Positions 1-12,406 of a stretch of DNA of 64,000 nt are shown here, one piece after another. Both the position numbers and the translations under genes were made by a program. The DNA comes from Vicugna vicugna. Its lineage: Eukaryota. Every line of letters begins with the position of its first letter. Positions within the stretch are counted from its first letter, which is position 1. The notes under the pieces are model-generated. The model worked only from the letters and a program-made list of their open reading frames with translations, was not told where the DNA came from and did not search any database. The stretch lies in NCBI GenBank assembly GCA_013265495.1, contig MU058010.1:99145-163144 (forward strand), in the 5' to 3' direction.

Positions 1-418
1 ACAGTTTACAAGTGTACATTTTAGGAGAGCCATCAGAGCCATTTAAATCTCTTGTGGTACCATTTTATTTTGAAAGGTTTGTGGTTTGGGTGAATGTAAA
101 ATAACCACAGTTTGGTTTCCTGGAGTAACAACTAGAACCTTCATTTATCTTGCTGTGCTGTATCATTTTCATCATTGCTTTAAAGCCAAGAAAAGGTGGA
201 GGTGATTTCTATGTGCTCTTTTTGAATGTATTTCTTCACTGAGTCCTCAGCTGAAGTGATGCTTTTAGTTGTCCTAAAATGTCAAGAATTGGAGATAGTG
301 TTCTTAGTTGAAGGCTCTGGCACCTGAGTTTTATTCATGTCAAAATTCCACCTAACCCATCAGACACTGAAACTTTTATAAGGTAAAAATCACTTCATTC
401 AGGCCATTGATCTAAGTA

Positions 419-713
419 TAATCGTACTTCGGTATCCAGAGAGGATTGGTTCCAAGACCCTCCTTGGATGCTAAAATCCATGGATGCTCAGGTCCCTTAT
501 AAAAAGTGGCATAGTATTTGCATATAACCTATGCACATCGTCCATTAAATCATCTCTAGATTACTTATAATACCTAATACACTGTAAATGCTATGTAAAT
601 AGTGTGCTGGTGTGTGGCAAATTCAAGTTTTGCTTTTTGGAAACTTCTGAATTTATTTTCCCTAAATACTTGATCTGTGGTTGGTTGAATCCTGTGGATA
701 CATAGGGTTGAAT
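419..713. mobile_element. MER2-family (TcMar-Tigger) DNA transposon fossil
   Basis: cggtatcc..ggattggttccaagaccc..ggatgctcaggtcccttataaaaagtggcatagtatttgcatataacctatgcacatc..atcatctctagattacttataatacctaatac matches the recalled MER2 consensus. Confidence 0.85.
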
Positions 714-1839
714 GTAAATCGCTTTGAATCATCCCAGGCTTTCTTTTCTTTCTATCCTTCTAACAGAGAGAATAAGCTTACTTTTGTCTATTAATATATG
801 ATCTATCAAAAGAAACAACATATATCAAGTGGCTTTCGGGGAGTACATTTACCTCCTGAAAATAGACGATGTATGGTTTATATTACCTCTGGATCACTCT
901 AGATTTTTTCTTTGTGAGTAAAAAGGAATGGGAGCAGGGATGATTGTCTTAGATTTAGAGCAAGTCTTAATTGCTTGTTTTTTTCAAAGACTCATGTCTT
1001 TAATTATGAAGCAAGCAAACTGACATACATTTATTGCACTGTGAATGCTTGCATCTCATCTAGTCTGTCTTGTAGCAATTGCCTCTGAACAGATGTTACC
1101 TGAAACACCTTTGTGCAGTTGGTAGAATGCTTAAAATTTGTCATGCTTTTATTATTGTTGTCTTAAATTAACTCTCCTTTATGGCATAACTTTATTGCTG
1201 TGTCCTAGACTCTGTATATATTTATTGCCTTATAAATTGGATTTAAAATTGGCTTTTTATATAGAATGTAAATGAACATGTGTATAACTTGTTTATGCTT
1301 GCAGAATAATACAAGAAAAAACTGCTATGTATTACACTAATGTAATTGTCTTTAACTCAGCACATAGTATCCTCCAAACTGGGAATGAAATGAATGATAC
1401 AAAATATGCTTACCATCACACTCTGCTTGTTTATCCCAGAAACTAATTTGACTTTTAGATCTATAAAATATAGATTAAGCATAACCTTTTACTTCATGGG
1501 ATATTAAGGATCAAGCATGAGCTTTCTTTGAACAGGATCTACAAAGGTAGCTTTCTCTCAGTAGCGGCAGGGTGGCATTGAAATACCTTTCCTCTGGGAG
1601 TAATTTTCTCGAATAGCAAATCAAATAATCATTATTAACTTGGGGAGAATTTGAGTTTCACTAAGATAAGTTTTGGTGCTGGAATATTCAATTACTAGCT
1701 AATTAATGAAAATCACATGGAAATGCTTGTCATAGATTTTATTTTTCAAAAGATCCACTGCTATCCTCTCTCACAGTTTTTTTGTATGAGATATAAGAGG
1801 CATTATAAATAATACTTGTGAACAATGACTTGCACCACA

Positions 1840-1945
1840 CTTAGGGCTTGAATTCCAGCTATGTCGCTTATTAGCTGTGTGAGTTTGGGTGAGTTACTTG
1901 ACCTCTCTCTGTGTCTGTTTCCTCATGTGTAGAATGGGGTTTTTG
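1840..1945 (+). mobile_element. MIR SINE fragment
   Basis: MIR core: ttattagctgtgtgagtttgggtgagttacttgacctctct..gtttcctcatgtgtagaatgggg. Confidence 0.75.
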
Positions 1946-4914
1946 GGAAGAGGAAAAGTTAGTGTGATGGGCTGTAATGGCACTGTAACATCTATGTAAA
2001 TATTTACCATTTTTAGAGTTGTTATTGTTGCCATCATTGGTAGAAATAGTAGTAATAGTACAATTTTTGTCTAGATTTTAGGGCATTGGAGATGTTACAC
2101 TGGATATTTGAATAACTTTCTTACACTGGAAAATCTGAATTGGGCCAGACTTTTTCTTCATGATGAGGCAGAGGCATTCTGTTCCCAGGTCTTATTCTGG
2201 CATGTCAGGTGACATGCAGATTGATGCAGGCTTCTGATTCTTACAGTTGAAAGATCAGAGCAAGTTTCTGAAACTTTCCAGGGGATATGTTTTTAATTTG
2301 TAAAATGAGGCTCATATAGCTATGAAACTTATGTACAAATGAAACTTACAAAAAGAAGCCAACAAAACAAATGACCTCAAACTTAAGGAAAAAACATTCT
2401 TGTGATACTCTAGTGTGGACCTGAATGGTAGTAAAAAGAATGTTGCTTTTATATGTATAGATATAAAACCAAGTATAACTCTTTATGCTTATGGCTCTTT
2501 TACAAAACAGATTTACATATAAAATCCAAAACAGAACTATAAAACCAATAAAATTTAAATTAACAACATTAATTTTATGTGATTGATGATGATGTTTTGT
2601 TAAAATTGTCATCATTGCTGGATTTAATAGTGGAAAGATACGTGTGTAGTTTGCTGTTTTCCTTTTTGTCAGCTTGACTCTTGGGTGAAATGGGATCCCA
2701 GAAGCTGAGGAGCTGAGCACAGACTGATGAACCCAGAGATCAAGCCCCAAGCTATTGATGGAGGCCTGTCATCCAACATCCCTGTCTTTTTCACAAGGTC
2801 TTGACTTGAGGCTCTGGGTAAAGTAGGGAACTCTTATTAACCTGTTTGTAATAAAAGGAAAATAGCCATATGTAAATTTTTTTTACTAGATTGTTTGAAA
2901 CTGCTGAAAGAGAGAGGAAAGCATCAAAGCCAAGACCGCCAACCTCTATATTCATTTTTCTCTTGGAATTTAATTTTCCGTAACTGTGGGTATATGGTTC
3001 CTTACACTGTGTCATTTTGGAATCATTATTGCCTTTTGCAACTGAATTCTTTCTAAGTGCGAGAGCTTCTAATGCCTGTGTGGCATGATGTACATGCTGT
3101 TTGATCTTCTGACACCATATCGATAGTGCACACAAATGCAGGCATGTTCACCAAAAGTGCCTGACGGAATGTGGTTCTAGAGTGGGCATTCAATTGTCCA
3201 GAACTTGTGGACTTTATTTCTAATTTTTGAGATAATCTTGGAAAAATACAGCATTTAAAAAGTGTGATAGAACTGGAGAGTCTGTGGAAGGGCCCCGAGG
3301 ACCTCAATTTGAGGAACTCAGAGACAACTGAAGAAGTTAGGAGAGTCCTTGAACCAGACAAAGGTTTTTTGCACCTTTAGTCCTTTGTCTAGTGGTGAGC
3401 TGAAGTGATTAGTATTTTTCAGTAGCAGAGAGATGCATGCAATATACTTCAAAACAGTTTACTTCTAAATGGTTTCCTAATGGTAAACATTTCCCTTGCA
3501 ATCTTTGAAAAATATGTTTTATCATACAAGAGAAGTGTAGAACACTGTATACTGCTCACCAGTAAATTTCTGAAATGAAACCTTATAAATTCTATTGAAA
3601 TATCCATTTCTTCCCTTTCTGGCTATCTCTCCTAATCTTTGTTCATCATTGCCTTGTTGTAAAGTCTTACAGGGCTTTAATTTTTTTTTTCTGTTTTGAT
3701 TAGTGGTTTTTTTTTTTTATTTTTTTGGAAGGGAGTAGGGTAATTCTTTTCCCGAAAAATAGATCTGTGAATAGAATTAATAAGTTTCTACTTACTCCAT
3801 CTTTGAGCATCATAGCCCATTTTTAAAATGCCAGAAAACAAGTGGGGACTAGGATATAATGTATGAAATATGTACTAAGGGCATCCTGCGTTCTGAGGGC
3901 CTTGGGCTATAACTGAGTAGCTGTGGTCCACGAATTCATGGATTAAAAATGGCTGAATAACCTGTTCAGCTCTCTCCAAAGAAATTATTGCTAATTCTAG
4001 GTTGTTCTAGAAGTTCAAAAAAAAAAAAAGTGTGTGCTTCTTTTGGAGTTTACGGTGTAGAATTTCTCAAAACTCTGAGTAAAATACTGGGATTAGTCTA
4101 GTTGTAGGATCCATAATATTGCATTTATTTGGCTAATTTTATTGTAAGGTATTTTCCCAAGATGTGGGGTTTATCCTGTAATTGCTGTATTTTCCCTAGA
4201 TGGGCTGTTTATTTGGGTGTCATAAAAATGAAACTTTGGAACATTCAGTTTTTAACCAGGATTTACAGATTGGTGAAATTAATTCTGGACTGTACTGTAG
4301 TTAAACTGTTTTTGTTTATCAGAACCTTGGATAGAATGCAATTCATAATGACAATTACAATTCATTTCTAATGAAAAAATTTGACAACCGGAGAAATGAA
4401 CGTGAAAAACAATGCACATAATCTACATTCAGAAATTCAATGTGACAATTTCATTTCTTTATAAAAGGTGACAGTCTCCAATTAAAACCATCTTCTAACT
4501 TCACTCAGCCTCTCTTCTGAGCTTGTTATTTTGCTCTTATTGATATGTTTTCTCGAGCCTCCTTTCGTTGCTTTATGCATGTATTTGTAAGCTTTTGGAA
4601 GTCACTTTCTCTCTTGGTGGTGCCTGGGATAGACTTGAGCTTACAGTAGGAAGGTGAACACTTGGCTAATTGCAAATCTATGCAGAATTACTCTTGTAAC
4701 CTTACACTGCCTGGTTCATTAATCTATTCATGATTAATTTAAATTTAAATGTTATTGATGTACCCTAAATGTCTATTTCCTTTCTATAAAAGTTGCATTG
4801 TGGTGGGTGAGGGCATGTGAAGACTACCAGAAACATATTTCTGGGTCATTGGAGAATGGAGCCTGCTTACTCAAGCTCCTCCAGGGCCTGGCAGTGTGGC
4901 TTTAGAGCCCGTCA

Positions 4915-5078
4915 ACCACTGTGACAAAGACGGCTTGGACTGGATTATCTTCTGTGCCTCAGTTATCCTATCTGTAAAATGGACTAGATAACCATAGTAT
5001 CGTGAGGATCAGTTGAGGTAATGCATGTTACAATAGCTTGGACATAGAGCCTAGTAGTTAATATTTGATAGCTATTAT
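4915..5078 (+). mobile_element. MIR SINE fragment
   Basis: tctgtgcctcagttatcctatctgtaaaatgg..gtgaggatcagttgaggtaatgcatgt..agctattatt. Confidence 0.7.
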
Positions 5079-5079
5079 T

Positions 5080-5525
5080 CCAGAGCCTTCTGGACTTAAA
5101 ATGGGGTTAGGTCCTGATAAACCCTTTCTAAATTGAAAATATCGGAAGTCGACAATGTGCTGAATACGCCTAACTACTGAACCTAGCTTAGCCTAGCCTA
5201 CCTTAAACATGCTTTGAACACTTACATTGGCCTATGGTTGGGCAAAATCGTCTAACACAAAGGCTATTTTAAAGTGCTGAATAGCTCATAGAATGTGTTG
5301 AATACTCTACTGGTTGTCTGGGTCCAGAGTGGCTCTCAGTGTATCAGTTGTTTTCCTCATGATCTCGTGTCTGGTGGGGAGCTGCTGCCAGCATCACGAG
5401 AGAGTACTCCACCGCCTCTCTAGCCTAGGAAGGGGTCCAGATTTAAAATTTGGAGTGCCATTTCTTTTGAATGAGTATTGCTTTCCCAGCATCGTGAAGT
5501 CGATGCATTGTAAGTGGGAGACTGT
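5080..5525. mobile_element. Tigger5/MER47-family DNA transposon fossil
   Basis: gacttaaaatggggttaggtcctgataaaccc..agcttagcctagcctaccttaaac..gttgggcaaaatcgtctaacacaaagg matches the recalled MER47 consensus. Confidence 0.8.
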
Positions 5526-5653
5526 AGTTTTATTCTTTTGGTTCTTAAGGGAGATCCCGCCTCTGCATGTTGAGTTCCCTTGGGCTGGTCATCTTGGAGG
5601 GGATGTGGCAGGATCTCAGTCATTTAGGGCATTTTGACCTTTCTTCTCTTGCT

Positions 5654-5697
5654 TCTCACCTCCCTCCCTCCTCCCTCTCACCTCCCTCCCTCCTCCT
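5654..5697. repeat. 22-bp tandem duplication within a polypyrimidine tract
   Basis: tctcacctccctccctcctcc(c/t) x2, 21/22 identical. Confidence 0.85.
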
Positions 5698-6159
5698 TCC
5701 TCGCTTCCTGCAGGACTTCTGCATTGTGTCCAGGGACCTGAGCTTAGTTTGACTAACGAAAGCAGCAAAAGGCTTGGTCCCTGGACAAATTCCCCTCCTT
5801 TCTGTTTTATATAGGCCTTCGTCCCCCTGACCTTGCCTCTCTTTCTCTGTCAGCCTCCTGTTGACATTTGCTCCACACTAAACCCACACCCCACAAAAGT
5901 AACCCTGGACCTCCTTTTGAACTAGGATGCCTCCACATTCCTCGCCTCCTCAAACCTGATGTAAGGTAGAATATAAATAAATAATAGAAGCTTCGGCCCC
6001 CTTGCCCGCTTGCCTCAGATCTCCAAGCCTGGGGCAACCTGACGGGCTTCTCCGCCACTTCCTGGGGGAAACCCCTCCCAGCTGTGTGAACTGGTGCCCT
6101 CAGACACCAGGAATCTGGGGCCTGCTGATTAGCGAGGTCTTCAGAGCTGTTGGTAACAA

Positions 6160-6390
6160 TCATCATCACAATAGCTATGTTTACGCAGCTCTTCTCGTGG
6201 GCTGGGCACTCCTTTAATCACTTAATCCTAAGGCCATGCTTTGAAGCAGATCCTCTCACCACCCTTGGGTTCCTGGTGAAGGAACTGCGGCAGGGAGAGA
6301 GGTTTGGGTTGCTCCTGAGGTGCTGCAGCTGGGAACAGGGAGTGATGGGTACAGAAGAGCCAGGCTGGCCCCAGAGCCCGGGCTTTGAGC
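6160..6390 (-). mobile_element. Degenerate MIR
   Basis: aatagctatgttta..cacttaatcct..gaaggaactgcggcagggagagaggtt..gctcctgaggt resembles reverse-oriented MIR. Confidence 0.5.
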
Positions 6391-6658
6391 TAGCTTCTTG
6401 TTTACCCCCCTTTTAATTTTCTCAGCATATATGCTGAGACTGTTATCACCCTCTTTACCTTCTCTATGGGCCTGATTCCTTTTTGTTGCAAATAGTTTTT
6501 TAAATTGAAAAAGTAATGTATGAACCTCTTAAAAAGCCCAACAGTGTAAGCACTTCAGAGCGAAATTCACCGACTCCTTTTCTTCCCAGACCACCAATTC
6601 CGGTCTTCCTCATACAGAGGCAATGATGACATTATTTTCTTTGGGATCCTTTACTGAT

Positions 6659-6707
6659 TGTGTGTGTGTGTGTGCGCGTGTGTGCGTGCGTGTGTGCGTG
6701 TGTGTGT
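6659..6707. repeat. Interrupted (TG)n/(CG) microsatellite
   Basis: About 49 bp of strictly alternating purine/pyrimidine: tgtgtg..cgcg..tgcg. Confidence 0.95.
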
Positions 6708-7159
6708 AAAGCACCACTCAGTACCTGCACGGAACATGCCATAACATTCACTGAAACGATCTTAGAGAGGGTGTCTCCTGACTCTTCACACTCACCTTGA
6801 CACTTTCTTTGGAGAGAAAATAAAGGCTATATTGCTTGAACTGGCTCAATTTCCTGCTGTTGCGGCTGTGAACTTCTGTATCTGCAGCTCTTCATCCTTT
6901 CTCCTCCAGTATCCACAGAAGTGTCTGTTTTCCTATTCAAGGTTAATCCCTGTACCACTGATCTCGACCCAGGCCTATTCCATGAGATGGTTTCATTCAT
7001 CACAGGCTCCATCCCATAAGAATGCTCAGATAACTTCCATTCTAAAAGAAAAAGCAGAAGCAAAACCCAACAACCTCCCTCTCCAGCTTTCCCATGACCC
7101 TGTGCTCCTCTTAGTACTGTGCTCTGTTTCCTTCCCTTATAACTAAATTCTGTGAATTA

Positions 7160-7890
7160 GTTGGTTTCATTTATTCTGTAAATATTTGAATGCCCTTTAT
7201 ACAAAGCATAGTACAGGTAGATGGATACAGTTTGGTCCTTGACTTCAAGGGGCTCACATTCAGTCCAGCATGGGGAAGACAGGTGCGGACCAGCAAGGGT
7301 GAAGTGTTGCCAGGGAGTCCACGTTGTGTAATTTTTAAGCACTCAGGCTCTGGAGTTAACCTAGGTTTAAGTCCTGGCTCTGAATTTGGTAGCTGTGACA
7401 CCTTGGAAAACTACTGTTATGTGGTTGTTTCTGCATCTCTGAAATGGGAACAGTAGTATGTGTATGATTGGTTAGATGTGATGATTCAGTGTGTTACTGG
7501 GGGGGTTAACCCATAAGTACTAAAGGGCTTTTAGCTTGCTGCTGCATGATGGCATCGGCCAAGGGTAGAGTGCGCTCATAAAGGATGGATTGAGGCACCT
7601 TCACGGGTTCCTCGACCTTGTTTTTGCTCCTGTCATTCCACTGAAGTTGCTTTGTCAGATCAACAGCTGCTAACCCAGTGGCTGATTTCCAGGCTTCATC
7701 TTCCTGGACTTCTTCCAGGTGTTAGCACGGACCCCTCGCTTCTTCAAACCTTTGCTGTAACTTGTTCCCTTTTGCTCATCCCACTTCCTACTGTTAGTGT
7801 TCCCAAGTAGTATCTCATTTAATCTTTTGCTCTGTCTGCTTTATGTCTTCTTCCAGCATGAGCTCACCCATTTCTTCAGCTTTCACTACC
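7160..7890. mobile_element. Cluster of ancient L2 and MIR fragments
   Basis: L2 3' end reversed at about 7160-7290, MIR at about 7335-7490 (ggctctggagttaacctaggtttaagtcctggctct), L2 body at about 7630-7890. Confidence 0.55.
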
Positions 7891-7898
7891 ACCTAGTT

Positions 7899-8075
7899 CA
7901 GTGCTGTTCAGTACAACTTTCTGTGATGATGGAAATGTTCTGTTTTGCCATGTCCGATTTGATAGTCACTAGCCACATGTGGTGATTGCTACCTGGGACG
8001 CTGGATTTTAAATTTAATTTAACTTGAATTAACTTGTGAAATACCCATATGTGGGCTAGTGGCTACTTTGGCCCA
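7899..8075. mobile_element. MER3/MER33-type hAT-Charlie element
   Basis: cagtgctgttcagtacaactttctgtgatgatggaaatgttct..cactagccacatgtgg..atgtgggctagtggctac. Confidence 0.8.
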
Positions 8076-8211
8076 CATTTTGTTTAAGTGGACTGCCTGT
8101 GGCCCTTAGAGTCTTCATCTTAAGTCAGAGTGCCTCCCAATGATGTGAGAGTTTACTCCTGCTGGATAAAGTGCACATCTTTTTCAGGCAAACATGATGC
8201 ACTTAAGGTGC

Positions 8212-8859
8212 TGATAGATGCAACTGGTGTTCCAGGTTCTTGTCCCATCCCAGAAAGAATTCAGAGACAAAACTTAGAGGTTATAAAGTTAAAGTGAGGA
8301 TTTATTAAAGGATGGATAGTACACTCAGGGGAGAGCGGGCAGGCTCAGGTGAGCGGCTGCCCTGAGTTTCTTTGGCAAGTTAGTTATACAGGGTGTAAAA
8401 ATGAATGGGCAGAATATTCACTGGGAAGGGGAGGGTTTGGGGTCGTATTCCCTGATTATCATCCCAACTCCACCTTCCCAAAGGGAGGAGGGATTTTTGT
8501 CCTTAATTAGTCTGGATCTGAAGTGTCATGGCGTCGGTGCATAATGGGTACTTCTGATCTGCAAGGCTAATTTTATTGAAATGAGGGCATAATGAGCAAA
8601 AGGTTACATTCGACACTAGAAATTCCTGCCTTTTCTCTCCTTTCTTTGTTCTTCTCCAGGCCACTTGTCATCCCAAAAGGCATGATCCCTTATCAGCCCC
8701 AAGGTTCCTGCTTTTCTTTCTCTGCCCAAGGATCCCTGCTGTTTACATGATGTGTGGCTTCCTGCATTTGGCTTGTGCCCCTCCTTTCTGCCCAATTCCT
8801 GCCATGTGGTCTGTGTCCCCTTTTCTCTGTTCATATCTAGCTATCTGCCTGCTTTAACA
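8212..8859 (-). mobile_element. ERV solo LTR, probably lineage-specific
   Basis: TG...CA ends; minus-strand polyA signal (tttatt 8301) and TATA-like (ttata 8384) in LTR order; repeated U3-like motifs. TSD not clean, so the left end is uncertain. Confidence 0.7.
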
Positions 8860-8937
8860 CTTGCACAGCTGCTGAAGCTACCCTCAATGATGGGTTTATG
8901 AGCATAACATCAGTCATGACAGAAACAGGCCTGGGAT

Positions 8938-9731
8938 CACACCTGTTAGAATGGCTGTCGTCAGGAAGATAAGAGAGAACAAGTGTCGGTGAGGACTGGG
9001 GAAAAGGGAACCCTTGTGCACTGTTGATGGGAATGTAAACTGGTGCAGCCACTACGGAAAACGATATGGAGGTTTTTCAAAAAATTAAAAATAGAACTAT
9101 CATATGACTCATCGATCCTAGTTCTGGGTATATATCCAAAGGAAATGAAAACTGGATCTCAAAAAGATATCTGCCCTGCCATGTTTATTGCAACATTATT
9201 CACAATAGCCAAGATACAGAAATAGCCCAAGTGTCTGTCAGCATACGAATGGATGAAGAAGATGTGGTATATATGTGTAATGGAATATTATTCACCCATG
9301 AGAAAGAAGGCCATTCTGATATTGTGACAACATGGATGGACTTTGAGGGCATTATGCTAAGTGAGATAAGGACAAATAATTTAAATTACTTATGTGTAGA
9401 ATCTGAAAAAGGAGTGTGAGGAAGTTGGGGACATGTGTTAAAGGGTATAAACTTATATAACTAGAAGGTAAATACATTCTGGAGATCTAATGCATGGCAC
9501 AGTGATTGTAGTCAACAGTACTGTATCATAAACTTCAAAGTTGCTAAGAGACTAGATCTTAAATGTTCTCATAACAAAAAAGAAACGATAATTTTGTGAA
9601 GAGATAAGAGGTGTTAGCCAAAGATACTGTGGCACTCATATTGCAAAATATAAATGTATCAAACCAACATGTTGTAATGTTAAACTTACACAATGTTATC
9701 TGTAAATTGTATCTCCATAATAATAAAAAAA
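8938..9731 (+). mobile_element. L1 3' end (L1MA9-like), sense to host gene
   Basis: ORF2 C-terminal remnant ([38 protein letters not shown]), L1MA-type 3'UTR, A-rich end. Confidence 0.9.
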
Positions 9732-11254
9732 GACATGGTATGGTAGAATTCATATCCTCGCAGGATCTGTAGCCTTCAGTCATTTGCACTAGGTTATTAG
9801 GATCTCTGGGGACCTTCCCATGCCTGTGGCTGTCAGCTGCTGACTTCCCTGTAACCCTTGTTGACTTGTTTTATTAGTGTGCTTCTGTGGTGCGATAATC
9901 AGTATGAAATCAGGTGCTTTCAGAAGTCCTTTACAAAGATACTTGGGTTATTGCTCGAGAGTCATTGTCGAAGTCTCCTTGGTATTGTTGGAAGATTGCC
10001 AAGGGCTCTTCAGGCTGCAGTTGCTTGAGCTTGCAGCTTGACTAGGGAAATTGGTGTGTTTAAAACTTAAGTTGTGACATAGAATGTTATGTGTTGGAAT
10101 TTCACTGTGTCATCATATGACACAGTGCCAGTTTGATACAGTTATTGGACTGCTCTATGTCTAATCCCATTCAAGGATTTCTTTCTCTTAATTCCCCACA
10201 TTACTCTGGATGAGAAGTTCAGTGACAAGTATTAAGGCGAGGAACTCATGTATTTCAGCATGTGTAGCCCCGGCAAGATAGTTACTTATGTTATACTATG
10301 TTTTGAGTCACTGAAAAGGGAAAAATAAGTGACTTAGATTTTTATTCTAGAACCTGTTGAATGGTACCTCCTTCAGGGCAGGTGCTGCGTTTTATAGGTC
10401 TTTATATACTAGGCTTGGTGTGATGTCTTGTTAGCTTAGATGCTCAATAATTATATTTTGCTTGGTTAATATTTCTAAAAGAAATGTAAAATGTTACCAC
10501 ATTTCATGTTTAGTACTGGGATTGCATATAAGAGCTGAATTTCTGCTCATTTTCTCCCTTTTTCAGATATTAACTTTGTAAATGTGCAGTCATCTTTTTG
10601 ACTCATTTTACGTGACAAACCAATTTAGAGGGTAGTAATAAAAAGTAGTAATCAAATTATGCAAGAAAACTTAGTGCTGATTTAGTTATTTAAGAGTTCA
10701 AACTTATTCATAATTTAAAAATTAAATTTTCTTTAATTAGATTTCTCCCTGTAATTAATTTCTGACTTGAGGGTGTTTATTTGTGTATGTGTGAGTGATA
10801 TTTTGAAATGTGGTTATTTTTGTGGCCTATGTTTAGTCTGATTTGGAAGGGCATAGTTTAATAAGGCTTGTGACATTACTAAAGCTTCTACAAATAATTA
10901 AAAAAAACTATTCATTACATTTCTATTGTACACTTAAGCAACTTTAAAGAGATCTAAAGAGAAATTCCCTAGCAAAACATATATTCTCATGTTAGTCAAT
11001 TTATAGAAATTACAACCCCCTCAGCTTCTTATATAAATCACTCACCTGAATTTATAACATACGTCTTTGCAGTCAGTGTTATGACACTTAATAACCATCC
11101 AATTAGTATTATGTTTATCTTTCTTGTTAAGATTTCATTTTCAATTTCTTTGCCCTGTAAACAACTCCAACTGCTTTATTCCTGCTGTAAGTCTTCCTGC
11201 CTGGGTTTGACGACAGCTGCTATTCCATGGAGCAGTGAGGACTGAGGGGAGGGA

Positions 11255-11420
11255 AGGGGACTGAGCCTGGGTTTTGGAGTCACTGTGACCCAGGTTCTGT
11301 TCCAGCTTGGCCACTCACTCACTCTGGCCAAGTACTTTTGTGACACTCAGTTTCCTGGTTGCTAAGATGGGATAATGGCTAATTTATAGGACTGTTGGGT
11401 GTAGTGGTAAATATGCCGAG
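11255..11420 (+). mobile_element. MIR fragment
   Basis: gggttttggagtcactgtgacccaggttctgttccagcttggccactcac..ctcagtttcctggttgctaagatgggataat. Confidence 0.65.
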
Positions 11421-12079
11421 TAGGTGGTGGTGATAGATGATGAGGTGGACTATATCATATGTCACCTAGGGACCCATTTTGCAATCTTGGGTTCTGTTTC
11501 CCTCAAATCCTTTTTTGGCTTAAAGGAACAGACCTCCATACAATATCTAGTTTAAGCTTAGAAACAGCAGTTTGTGCAGATACACAGGGCTGTCTCCTGG
11601 GATCATGCGCAGTAAGTGTAGTTGGTCCTAACTTGGGTTGGAGCCAAGAACTGAAAGCTGGCAGCTTCTCTCATCCCTTTTTGTGGGCTCATACAGTCTC
11701 ATGCTGAGTCTTAACAAGGTACTTGCTCCACCATTGTATCTCTGCATTGTGTGGCATCTCCTGTTTTGACCTTCACACAGCGAAGCCCAGAGCCTCCCAG
11801 TTCCAGATACATACATGCTTTTGGTCGTGATTCTCATCTCTGAATCCCACATCTAGATTTTTGGGAGAGTAAGGATTTGATTGACTCTGTGTTGAGCTCT
11901 GCTCACATCAGCTGTGGCAGGGTTGGCCCACCTCAGGGGCATAGAGAAGGGACTGTGTGCACGAGACAGATAAACCAGCAGGTGTCTACATATCTGCATG
12001 TGTGGGATTTTGGAGATTCCTTGCTGGTAGGTACCAGACGACTTGAGTCTTGGAGTCGTTGGGGAAGTAGGGAGCTTTA

Positions 12080-12208
12080 TCCATACCTCGGGCAGCCCTG
12101 CCTTTTGGTATTCTGATTCAGTTAGTTTGAATATTACTCAGGCATTTGTTTTAGGAAAAGAAAAAAAACTCCTCAGGTAATTCTCATATTAAGATTGAAA
12201 ACCACTGG
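12080..12208. mobile_element. MER5-type hAT-Charlie fragment
   Basis: attctgattcagttagt..ctcctcaggtaattct..aagattgaaaaccactg. Confidence 0.55.
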
Positions 12209-12406
12209 CCTAAAATGTTCCGTGCACTGTGATATGTCTAGGAGTTGAAAGATGAGGGAAACAAGGTCCCAGCCACATAAAAAAAAAAAAAAGAAAGAAA
12301 GAAAAGAAAAAAGACATAAAGACAAACTGCAAGGCTATTGTCAGTGACCCTAGGGAATTGTAAACAAAGGAGTTCCAGGCGGACAGAGGTATGGTCATCA
12401 TTTCTT

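Noticed and set aside
3139..3172. p53 half-site AGGCATGTTC and TEAD-like GGAATG
   Set aside because: Isolated short motifs are expected by chance in 64 kb; no second half-site and no conservation data.
2346..3361. Three clustered minus-strand ORFs of 102-134 aa
   Set aside because: No recognisable homology, no splice structure, and composition typical of AT-rich intron.
3707..3745. Possible second vic-1 tail (T-run then ggaagggagtagggtaatt)
   Set aside because: Too short, no SINE head and no TSD found.
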